From Octopus vulgaris (Eukaryota), in NCBI GenBank assembly GCA_951406725.2, contig OX597831.1, forward strand, positions 27,652,001 through 27,716,000: a stretch of 64,000 nucleotides of DNA. The letters run 5' to 3'. The position numbers and the translations under genes were made by a program. Below the pieces are notes generated by a model that saw only the letters and a list, made by a program, of their open reading frames with translations, did not search any database and was not told where the DNA came from. Positions 53,013 to 64,000 of this stretch are shown piece after piece; the stretch's first letter is position 1, and every line of letters begins with the position of its first letter.

Positions 53013-53837
53013 TATATTACTTTATATGTGAATTAAAGCATGTTAAGAAGTGTAGGAAAATATTCAAGTATCTTAATTTTAATATAGTTGGATATTTTCC
53101 TCGGCCAAGCCTGACCGTTCTTTCTTGGTTCGGCCGCTGTCCGTGCAACATCTATATTCGTCCCTGTGCCTGTGAAATCTTGTATACCTGCCGTAAGGCT
53201 TTACTTCCTCACACGCCAGCTTAATTTAATTCGTCCTTAGTCGAAAGACACCTGTTGTTATGTCCTGTTATTTCTATTTGTGTAACCTTCTCCGTTTTTT
53301 TTTTTCTGTTCTTTTTTTTGTATACATCCGCTGCTTTCTTCCAAGGAATCTAACGCTCTTAGCTTAGTTTTTCCTTGAGGCTGGCCAGATTGGAGCAATC
53401 TCGAGTATAACCAGCCGAAATTGCAAAGGTAATCTGGAACTCGACTGAGGAAAGAAAACTCCGAATGATCCGTCCTTGTTTTCTTTGTATCGTCTATCTG
53501 GATGCTTTGTTGTCCCTTTCTTGTATCACCTAACTCTCAGGATGCTTTCCGTTCTTGTCCCATTTTGTGTGTATATATATATAAATATATATATATATGT
53601 CTCTGGGGGAGAGTCATTCTCTTTTAGTGCCTTACTACATAACACACTCACTAGTTCGAATTCCACTCATTTATCTATTTTTTTCTAAAAATATAAATAA
53701 GTAAAAGAGTAGAAATCAAACCGGTGAGCGTGTTAAGTAATAAGGCAATAAAAGAGAATGACTCTCTCCAGACACAATAAATATGCTTCAACACACGAAT
53801 TCACATAAAGAATCCTGCAAACCAAATACAAAAACGA

Positions 53838-53911
<74 letters not shown>

Positions 53912-54439
53912 AGAGAGGACAGATAAGAGTCTTGCGATTCCGTGCTGAACAACCTGCACAGATGACTTGTTTACAGTGATAAAATATCTGTGCTGTGGAG
54001 GCACATGGACTAGTGGTTAGAGAAGCGGACTCGCCATCGAAGGATCGCGGGTTCGAATCTCAGACCGGGCGATGTGTGTGTTTATTATTGGTATGAATAT
54101 GAATTCATATAGCCACGGTAGAAGGTAATAGCGAACTTCTGCTAACTCTTTCGCCACAACTTTCTCTCACTCTTTCCTCCTGCATCTAGCAGCTCACATG
54201 CGACTGACCGGCGTCTCATCCATGTTGAAGTTGTCGCAGAGCAATTTAAGGTGAAGTGTTTTGTTCAAGAGCACAAAATAATGCCTGTTCTAGGAATCGA
54301 AACCACGATATCGCGATCGGAAGGACAACATCCTAACCACTAGGCCACGCGCTATGCAAACATACATACTTAGATACATACATATGTATTTTGCCCCACT
54401 TGAACGTGGATGCTCTGTTAGAACAAACTATACTACGGT

Positions 54440-55017
54440 AGTTACCATGAGAAAAACTCTCATATTGGTAGCCTCGATGCTCGAGGTAGCGAGGATTTAT
54501 CTTCCCGTTACCGATGGAAACAAGAGTACACTCTGTCCCAAAAGCCTATATGAGAGTTTCACATTTAAGTGGAGATAAACTTAGAACAACTCTCTCTTGT
54601 GCAATAAATTCATAAACACCAACTCAAGGAATACTGGTGGAATATTCCATCAAAACCCCTGTCAAATATAAACATAACAGGCCGGGTATTATTGTTTGGG
54701 ACAGAGGGGCAAAGGTATGTACCATCATAGAGGCCATCTGCCCTGAAGATATAAATATCTCTTTGAAAATCAAAGAAAAAGAAGATATCCATGGTTAACT
54801 TCTTCGAAACCTCCAGCTTCTATATCCAGACTATGAATTAATTTTCATAGCAATAATAATTGGAGCACTAGGTTTTGTTAGTAAATGCTTAAAGGCGAAT
54901 CAGGATAAACTGGGATTTTCAGAAAGAGAAATCGACGGGCTAATTCGTACATTACAAGTGCAATCTGTGAGTGGAACAGTAAAAATATGCAAGACTTTTC
55001 TCAAGTTCCGAATGTGA
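54440..55017 (+). mobile_element. REL-endonuclease non-LTR retrotransposon 3' fragment
   Basis: EYWWNIP / HNRPGIIVWDRGAKVCTIIEAICPEDINISLKIKEKEDIHG*LLRNLQLLYPDY...IIIGALG...VKICKTFLKFRM*. Confidence 0.75.
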
Positions 55018-55152
55018 ATTTGCCTGTGTTAACTACATCCCAAAGATGGAGCCTTGTATCTTTGTTGGAAACCGATTCCCTCCCCAGAGGAAGATTTCTA
55101 ATAATTAAAAAAAAATAGAAGATACATACATACATACATAACTATTATTAAC

Positions 55153-55302
55153 TACATATACTTATTGTATGTTTCGTGTATTTTCCGGTGGCTGCTGTAG
55201 CGTGGGGGAGTATATACACTCTCAAATTGCCGAGTGTATATACTCCACCACGCTATTGCAGCCACCGGAAAATACACGAAGCATATACATTACGTATATG
55301 TA
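55153..55302. repeat. Near-perfect hairpin (~69-bp arms, 10-nt loop)
   Basis: ..cgtgtattttccggtggctgc..gagtatatacactc-tcaaattgcc-gagtgtatatactc..gcagccaccggaaaatacacg.. Confidence 0.9.
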
Positions 55303-55415
55303 CTTAATAATATTTATTATACTAAAGCTGCTTTAATTTTGTGTGTGTGTTTGTACGTGTGTGTGTGTATGAATCCATCCATCTATCCATCCATCCATCC
55401 ATCCATCCATCTGTT

Positions 55416-55446
<31 letters not shown>

Positions 55447-55598
55447 CTGTCTGGCTGGCTGGCTCTCTGGGCATGGGTATGTTGTCCTTATGTGTGCGTT
55501 TCCTTATGCATGCAAATATGCATAATTGTGCATACATATGCATATATACGAGCATGGATGTCATTAGATATGCAGATCTGTATCGTTTAATATATATA

Positions 55599-55629
<31 letters not shown>

Positions 55630-56674
55630 ATGTATGTATGTATGTATACATACATATATCACCATATCAACACGTGTGTATATGCTCTTATAATATGTTA
55701 AACTTCTATAATATTTCGTACACTTTCAGTATTCCCTGAATATCTTATTAACTGGAATTTCACCATTAACCGCATTCTTTCTTGTTTTGTAAAGTTTAGC
55801 TTCTCAAGATTGGAACTAACACAGTTAACTATGTATCTAAAACGTGTAATAATTACAAGCATAAACCTCATGCAACTGCAGATTTTTTATTAGTTCGGCA
55901 CAGATAGGTTTCTCCTTTTATTCGTTTTTCATTTTGTTAACTGATGTTTAGCATTATGTTAGCATCTGCTGGAAAATTTTACTAAATTTTTATTCAGGTG
56001 TACACAGTTTTCTTTCCTTAATCTCAGATTATTATATCCGGTATATATTACATCGTGGAGGAGCAATGGCCCAGTGGTTAGGGCAGCCGACTCGCGGTCG
56101 TAGGATCGCGGTTTCGATTCCCAGACCGTGCGTTGTGAGTGTTTATTGAGCGAAAACACCTAAAGCTCCACGAGGCTCCAGCAGGGATGGTGGTGATCCC
56201 TGCTGTACTCTTTCACCACAACTTTCTCTCACTCTTACTTCCTGTTTCTGTTGTACCTGTATTTCAAAGGGCCAGCCTTGTCACTCTCTGTGTCACGCTG
56301 AATATCCCCGAGAACTACGTTAAGGGTACACGTGTCTGTGGAGTGCTCAGCCACTTACACGTTAATTTCACGAGCAGGCTGTTCCGTTGATCGGATCAAC
56401 CGGAACCCTCGTCGTCGTAACCGACGGAGTGCTTCCATCCCATATATTACATCATAATTCAAGGCGGCGAGTTGGCAAACTCGATAACACACAGGGCAAA
56501 TTGGTTAACAGCATTTCATCCGTCTTTATGTTCTGAGTTCAAATTCCGCCGAGGTCGACTTCGCGTTTTGTTCCTTTCGAGATTAATAAAATAAGTACCA
56601 GTTGTACATTGGTGTTGATGTAATAGACTATCCCCCTCCCCCAAAATTTCAGCTCTCGTGTGTATAATAGGATA

Positions 56675-56992
56675 CCCTTCAGTCATGAATGACCATGGGA
56701 TTGCACCTAGAAAGTTTCCCTCCGAGGCGCAATTCCGGGCAAGGTTGTTTATGGAAGACCAACAGTCGCCCATGCACACCAGCCCCGCTCCCCACGCCAT
56801 TGATGTTATCCAACGGAAAGGCAAGGGTCGATACTGCTTGGCACCAGTGACGTCGCAACTCATTTCTACAGCTGAGTGAACTGGAGCAACGTGAAATAGT
56901 GTCTTTACCCAAGAACACAACAGGGAGCCCGGTTCAGGAATCGAACTCACTATCACATGATTGTAAGCTCGACGCCCTAACCACTGAGCCAT
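56675..56992 (-). mobile_element. SINE family E (centre shared with family D)
   Basis: Head tggctcagtggttagggcgtcg...gagttcgattcc and centre ttcacgttgctccagttcactcagctg. Second copy at 63770-64000(-). Confidence 0.75.
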
Positions 56993-57027
56993 AGAAAAAA
57001 ATTATATCATAACTTCTCTATATGGAT

Positions 57028-57071
<44 letters not shown>

Positions 57072-57309
57072 ATATACATATTTATAGGTAGTTATAGTGA
57101 TGGTGGTAATAGTGTTAGTAGCTGCGGTGCCGGTCGTGCTATCTTAAATAGAGCACTTCAGATTGAAGAACATAGATAACATTATCAAAACCACTTTACC
57201 TTGACAAGACGTACATGTACATGCACATACATGTACGTAGGTAATTACATATATAATATAAATATACAGAGGTGCAGCTATATATAAATATATAGAGGTG
57301 CAGCTGTAC

Positions 57310-57906
57310 TAGGGGATATCAAAAATTATCTGCACTTTCGCCATGACATATCTTTATTATTGTCACACTGCCTTCTGCGCATGAGTGTTTATAGTTGGTA
57401 CTATTGTGGTCACCTGATCGAGATTTGAGCCCGATCGCGTCATTTTTCTTCCTGGCTTAATAGTACAAGCATGGTCGCTTCACTAGCAATGTGCAGCAAA
57501 GAAGAACAAAGAGCAGTGATCCGATTTCTCTGATCGGAAGGTGTTTCAGGTGGTGAAAACCTTCCACGATGAGCTCGGCTTCCATAACGTCTGTGCAAGA
57601 TGGGGGCCAAGAGAGCTTACTGCATAGCACAAGCTGAAACGTCTTGAGATCTGCTAACATTTACTTGATCACTACAAAAATGAGGATGAGGAATTTTTGA
57701 GCAGCATAGTCACAGGAAATGAAATTTGGGTCATCATTATGAGGCAGAATACAAAAGACAGAGTATGGACTGGAAATATCTTAGCTCGCCAGCAACGAAG
57801 AAATTCAAGACTCAGTCTTTCACAGGAAAGGTGATGCTAACTCATTTTTGGGACTCAAAAGGGCTTAAACTGAAAGACTATCTGTAAAAGGGGTGTACGA
57901 TCAACG
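57310..57906 (+). mobile_element. Mariner (Tc1/mariner) transposase relic, truncated by a SINE
   Basis: HDELGFHNVCARWGPRELT...FLSSIVTGNEIW / HYEAEYKRQSMDWK...KKFKTQSFTGKVMLTHFWDSKG. The WVP and TGDE motifs are degenerate. Confidence 0.88.
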
Positions 57907-58512
57907 GTGAAATTAACGTGCAAGTGACTGAGCACTCCATAGACACGTGTACCCTTAACGCAGGTCTCGGGGAGATTTAGTGACACAGACTGGCCCTTTG
58001 AAAGAGTGTGTAGGTACAACAGAGACAGGAAGAGAGAGTGAGAGAAAGTTGGGGTGAAAGAATACAGTAGGGTTCGCCACTACCCCTAGCCTCGCGGTGC
58101 TTTAGGTGTTTTCACTCAATAAACACTCACAACGCACGGTCTGGGGATCGAAACCGCGATCCTACGATCGCGAGTCGGCTGCCCTAACCACTGGACCATT
58201 GCACCTCCACGCATATTGCATATGTGAATCGACATGTTATGTGTGGGATAAACACTAACATACAAGTTAGTAACAAATAAGTTAGAAATACTAATCACGC
58301 GCACGCACACACACACACACACACACTTGTACACTCTCACCCTTGACACAGTCAGATATAATCACTCCACAGTCACAGGCACAAACGATGCGACTAAGAC
58401 AACAATAACAACAACGAGAATAAATATTTGAAGTGTACTGAGAGGGAAGTTGATTGCGAGTGGCTTGTTTTGACATGTATTATGCGGGAGAGAGAGGGAA
58501 GGAGGAGGGTAG

Positions 58513-58556
<44 letters not shown>

Positions 58557-58643
58557 CAAAGGAAGAGAGAGAGAGAGTGAGATGAAGAATGTAAGAAAGA
58601 TGGTGAGTGGAGGAGAAAGGATATAAATATATATATATATATA

Positions 58644-58859
58644 TACGATGGGGATGCTAAAAAGTTCCTGGTTTATAAAGCGTGGGGAAAGACTTGGTTG
58701 GAGGAGCAATCTTCCGAGCTCTTTTTCGAGGCTAAATCGAAGGACAGATGCAATAAGTCTGTAAATCTGAGCGGGGGAATATGTTGTTGAATATAATCAT
58801 AATTAACTGATATCCTTCTGTATTTTCTCTTACCCAAAACCAGTAACTTTTCAGCCCTA

Positions 58860-58867
<8 letters not shown>
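58644..58867 (+). mobile_element. Mariner-derived MITE (same family as 44625)
   Basis: tacgatggggatgctaaaaagttcctgg ... ccagtaacttttcagccctaccctcgt, with internal similarity to the 44625 copy. Confidence 0.7.
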
Positions 58868-58896
<29 letters not shown>

Positions 58897-59161
58897 ATAA
58901 ATATATATTCTTTTATTCTCTTACTTGTTTCAGTCATTTGACTGCGGCCATGCTGGAGCACCACCTTTAGTCGAGCAAATCGACCCCAGGACTTATTCTT
59001 TGCAAGCCTAGTACTTATTCTATCGGTCGTCTCTTTTGCTGAACTGCTAAGTTACGGGGACGTAAACACTCCAGCATCGGTTGTCAAGCGATGTTAGGGG
59101 GACAAACACAGACACAGACACACACACACACACAGACAGGCAGACACAGATACACGCACGA

Positions 59162-59196
<35 letters not shown>

Positions 59197-60350
59197 CATA
59201 CAGACGACGGGCTTCTTTCAGTTTCCGTCTACCAAATCCACTCACAAGGCTTTGGTCGGCCCGAAGTTATAGCAGAAGACACTTGCCCAAGGTGCCACGC
59301 AGTGGAACTGAACCTGGAACTATGTGGTTGGTAAGCAAGCTACTTACCACACAGCCACTCCTGCGCCTATAGACTCGGCTTTGGTGTAGCGCAACGACAA
59401 CACAGGAATGGACAGCGTGCACGTGTAATTATCGACGATGCGCGTCGTGGGACCACCCACGTTAAACTGGAAGAATATATCCTAATTATTGTGGAAGACA
59501 ATGAAAGATTTTAAAGTGACGGTGAGAGCACAATCGATTATATTGAAACCAGTATATGACTGGTACTTTTTGTATCGTTTCAGGAAGACTGAGAGGTAAA
59601 ATTGGTTTCGGTTTTCTGAGGACGTAAAGACACAACTGCCCAAACTTTGGTACAAGATGGAAATTTCGTTGTGGTGTGACGTAATTCCACAAATCAGCAA
59701 CACTCAAAGTATAGTGTAGTTAATGTTTGTTCTCCATGGGGGAGCGGTGGTGTGTGTGTGGAATTTAACGTTTTTGAAGGAATTGTCTGTTTGTCCGAGC
59801 AAATAGAGATTTTTCTCCTTAGTGGGTGAGTTAGGGTTGAGAATATATGAAGCGGGAGAAGGGATGAGTTTAACATACGAAGCAGGGGTTTGTAATGTAT
59901 AAATAAAAACAGAATTTTAAAAATATCGCTTTTTTTTTTATTGCATTGCAACTAAAGGTCAACGGATTGGAAGAACAGTTCTTCCCCGTCTCTCGTATGA
60001 ATAGTTAATTGTATGGGTGGAGAACAAGAATCCAATGGACATAGTCTACTCCTGTTCGTATGTGTATATATCAATGTAATAATCAAGGTGTGCTGTATGT
60101 ACTGTATGAGTGCATGCAGCACCGCTTCGTGGCTCGCACACACACTCTTTACTCTTTTACTTGTTTCAGGCATTTGACTGCAGCCATGCTGGAGCACCGC
60201 CTTTAGTCGAGCAAATCGACCCCAGGACTTATTCTTTGTTAGCCTAGTACTTATGCTATCGGTTTCTTTTGTAGAACTGCTAAGTTACGGGGACGTAAAC
60301 ACACCAGGATCGGTTGTCAAGCGATGTTGGTGGGACAAACATATACACAC

Positions 60351-60411
<61 letters not shown>

Positions 60412-63400
60412 TACATACATATATATTTATATATACATACATATATATTTATATATACATACATATATGTATATATATGACAGGCATCTTTCAGTTTCCG
60501 TCTACCAAATCCACTCACAAGGCTTTGGTCGGCCGGCCCGAGGCTATAGTAGTAGATACTCGCCCAAGGTGCTACGCAGTGGGACTGAACCCGGAACCAT
60601 GTGGTTGGTAATCAAGCTACTTACCACACAGCCACTCCTACGCCATCTCGAACAGTTCAGCAAGGTGGTACTTCTGTATATGCAGAGTGTAATCTCAAAC
60701 CGGTTAGTGACCCTCAGTAATATCCATAATAGGCAACGACACGAACGTCCTTCGAAACAATATCCTGCTTATCATGATAGGGACTCCAGCAGGGAGTTGA
60801 CACCAATGAAGGTGTGCACTATGCTATTACCTTATACAGGCCTATCCACAGGAAGAACATCCCCAGCCAGCATTTTACTAGACTTGTTTCTGTTGGTGAT
60901 TTTTTTACAGATGTTGTTGCTTGAGATCTGAAAGTTCGAAATTAAGCATTGTGTTTACTCGTACGTTGTGTGTATGTGTTATATATATCTCTGTGTGTGC
61001 GTGTGTGTAAGTGCATCTGTGTGTGGGCGCGTGCGTGTGTATATATATCTCTGTGTGTGCGTGTGTGTAAGTGCGTGTAAGTGCGTGTGTGTAAGTGCGT
61101 GTGTGTAAGTGCGTGTGTGTAAGTGCGTGTGTGTAGGTGCGTGTGTGTAAGTGCGTGTGTGTAAGCGCGTGTAAGTGCTTATGTGTGTGTGTGTTGAATA
61201 TCTTTTCTACTCTAGGCACAAGGCCCAAAATTTTGTGGGGAGGAAGCTAGTCGATTAGATCAACCCTACAGCACGCAACTGGTACTCAATTTATCGGCCC
61301 CGAAAGGATGAAAGGAAAGTCGACCTCGGCGGAATTTGAACTCAGAACATAAAGACAGACGAAATACCTATTTCTTTACTACCCGCAAGGGGCTACACAC
61401 AGAGGGGACGAACAAGGACAGACAAACGGATTAAGTCGATTATATCGACCCCAGTGCGTAACTGGTACTTATTTAATCGATCCCGAAAGGATGAAAGGCA
61501 AAGTCGACCTCGGCGGAATTTGAACTCAGAACGCAGCGGCAGACAAAATATCGGTAAGCATTTCGCCCGGTGTGCTAACGTTTCTGTCAGCTCGCCGCCT
61601 TGTGTGGGTGTCGAAAAATCGTTGTATGAATGTTAACGAGAGATTAATGAATGCAAGTGATAAAGTGCAGAGTTGTAATAATGAAAACAGTCGTATGGGT
61701 GCGCACGTAGAGGACCACGGTGCACACGTGACACGGTCTAGATTATGCATATGTGTATGTGCGCGCGTGTGTGTATGTGTGTTTATGAATACTCTTTTAC
61801 TCTTTTACTTGTTTCAGTCATTTGACTGCGGCCATGCTGGAGCACCGCCTTTAGTCGAGAAAATCGACCCCGGAACTTATTCTTTGTAAGCCCAGTACTT
61901 ATTCTATCGGTCTCTTTTGCCGAACCGCTATGTGACGGGGACGTAAACACACCAGGATCGGTTGTCAGGCAATGCTAGGGGGACAAACACGCACACACAA
62001 ACACACACACACATACATATATATACATATATACGACAGGCTTCTTTCAGTTTCTGTCTACCAAATCCACTCACAAGGCATTGGTCGGCCCGGGGCTATA
62101 GCAGAAGACACTTGCCCAAGATGCCACGCAGTGGGACTGAACCCGGAACCATGTGGTTGGTTAGCAAGCTACTTACCACACAGCCACTCCTGCGCCTGAA
62201 AATAATGAAAATAACCTTATGGATGTACAGGTAGGGGTTGATGGGCAGAGTTAAGATTGTGTGTGTGACTGTGGTTGACGTAAGAAATGATATTTGGCAG
62301 GAATGACTACATGCAGAATGACCACAGCAATTGTTGTGAGTCGATCAGAGGCCGGAATGAAACGAAGTGTAGACATGCGGGGTCGATAATTAATTCCAAA
62401 AAAAATATTAATACTGCTTTCGCTTTTGTTTTCTTTACGAGAAGCTGGGTCATTTATCTGAGGCCTCGGAGTTAGGAAATGCAAAGTGGAAAGATAAGTA
62501 ACTTTTTATTTGTGACAATTTAGGCGTCATGAGTCGTGTTGTTTAGAAACTCCGAGCACTCAGAGATGGAAGCACTCCGTCGGTTACGACGACGAGGGTT
62601 CCGGTTGATCCGAATCAACGGAACAGCCTGCTCGTGAAATTAACGTGTAAGTGGCTGAGCACTCCACAGACACGTGTACCCTTAACGTAGTTCTCGGGGA
62701 TATTCAGCGTGACACAGAGAGTGACAAGGCCGGCCCTTTTGAAATAGAGGTACAACAGAGACAGGAAGTAAGAGTAAGAGAAAGTTGTGGTGAAAGAGTA
62801 CAGCAGGGATCACCAACATCCCCTGCCGGAGCCTCGTGGAGCTTTAGGTGTTTTCGCTCAATAAACACTCACAACGCCCGGTCTGTGAATCGAAACCGCG
62901 ATCCTATGACCACGAGTCCGCTGCCCTAACCACTGGGCCAGTGCGCCTCCACACTCAGAGATGATCAGTAGCGTAACTATATCAGTTGAAACGTTGAAAC
63001 CATTGGGCGATCCTGAGGGGTGGGGTGGTGGAGAATGCTATGAAGTTATTCGTGAAAACAAGTTACTTAAATGACTTCCTGTTTTTCTTTGCATATTGCA
63101 ATAGAAATGTTTACATTTAATGCAGCGGCCGGATTTGATAGAGGTGCACTTAAGGTCTTGAGTAGACTATATGCTAGCATTCCTGATTCGTTAAGTTTGC
63201 CGTGTATCAGGGGTGTAGACAAGTTTGGCGCATATCAGGGACGAGAATACTTGAAGGTGGCAGACTGGCCAGGACAGGAGAACAAAGAACTTTTAGCAAA
63301 ACAATCGCAGACATTTTTGTCTTTTTTTGAAAAGGCGAAAAGATGGTGTGGAAATGACTTGAAAGAATAGGAATAAAGGGTTTGGAGGGAATATGATCTT

Positions 63401-64000
63401 TAATGGGAGTATGGCCAGCGGGGAGGGGTATAAAAGAGGAGAGTCCGGCTTGTAAGCGTACACATGCGCAGTCAGAATGTTGTAGCACAGCTAAATTGTT
63501 TGGCTCGGTGAAGTGAGAGATTTGTTGCGTCAAATCGAAATCCTTGTTGCAGAGTTTGTGCTGGTGGTGGTGGTAAAGGAATTGGGGGAAATAAAAGATA
63601 CCAGATTTCTTGTGTGGCAGAGGGAAGAAAAGTTAGGATAGGATTGGTAATTAGTGGATTTTGTATATGGAGGTGGGCAGGGAACGGGTCAGTGTCATAG
63701 AGATCTTTTGTGTAATCACCTCTATTAAACGGTAAAGACCACCCCCTTCGGTAATGAATGATCATAGGATGCACCTATAAAGTTATTCTCCGAGGTACAA
63801 GTCTGGGCAATGTTGTTTATGGAAGACCAGCAGTCACCCATGCATACCAGCCTCCCCTCTCCACGCCACCGATGTTACCCAAGGGAAAGGCAAAGGGGCC
63901 AAGACAGCTTGGCACCAGTGATGTGGCGACTCATTTCTACAACTGAGTGAACTGGAGCAACGAGAAACAAAAAGTGTCTTGCTTAATAACACAACACAAA

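Noticed and set aside
63071-63774. ORFs of 99-108 aa on both strands
   Set aside because: No recognisable motif or exon structure; possibly a decayed retroelement, but not supportable from sequence alone.

Overview
Eukaryotic, AT-rich genomic DNA saturated with microsatellites and SINEs. The repeat families resemble those of Octopus (coleoid cephalopod); that assignment is inference. One host gene is supported: a minus-strand SLC28/CNT (concentrative Na+-nucleoside cotransporter). Eight coding exons (35326-34965, 26722-26581, 23971-23780, 19173-19012, 12565-12440, 9085-8955, 4537-4369, 72-<1) splice in frame with GT-AG sites. The gene runs off the left edge, and weaker candidate 5' exons lie near 47.4 and 48.0 kb. 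The introns and flank hold at least six tRNA-derived SINE families, RTE and restriction-like-endonuclease (REL) LINE fragments, hAT and mariner relics, two non-autonomous Helitrons, MITEs and Penelope-like pieces. Most notable: (1) several type I hammerhead ribozyme motifs with the minimal palindromic stem III typical of Penelope/retrozyme elements (best at 21316-21413 +, 2593-2662 -, 38779-38828 -); (2) a ~2.1 kb ORF1-only Tx1/L1-like element inserted into a SINE tRNA head, nested inside a long-TIR DNA transposon; (3) a hybrid CNT2/CNT1 set of specificity residues in the transporter. Most ORFs in the supplied track are microsatellite or SINE artefacts.
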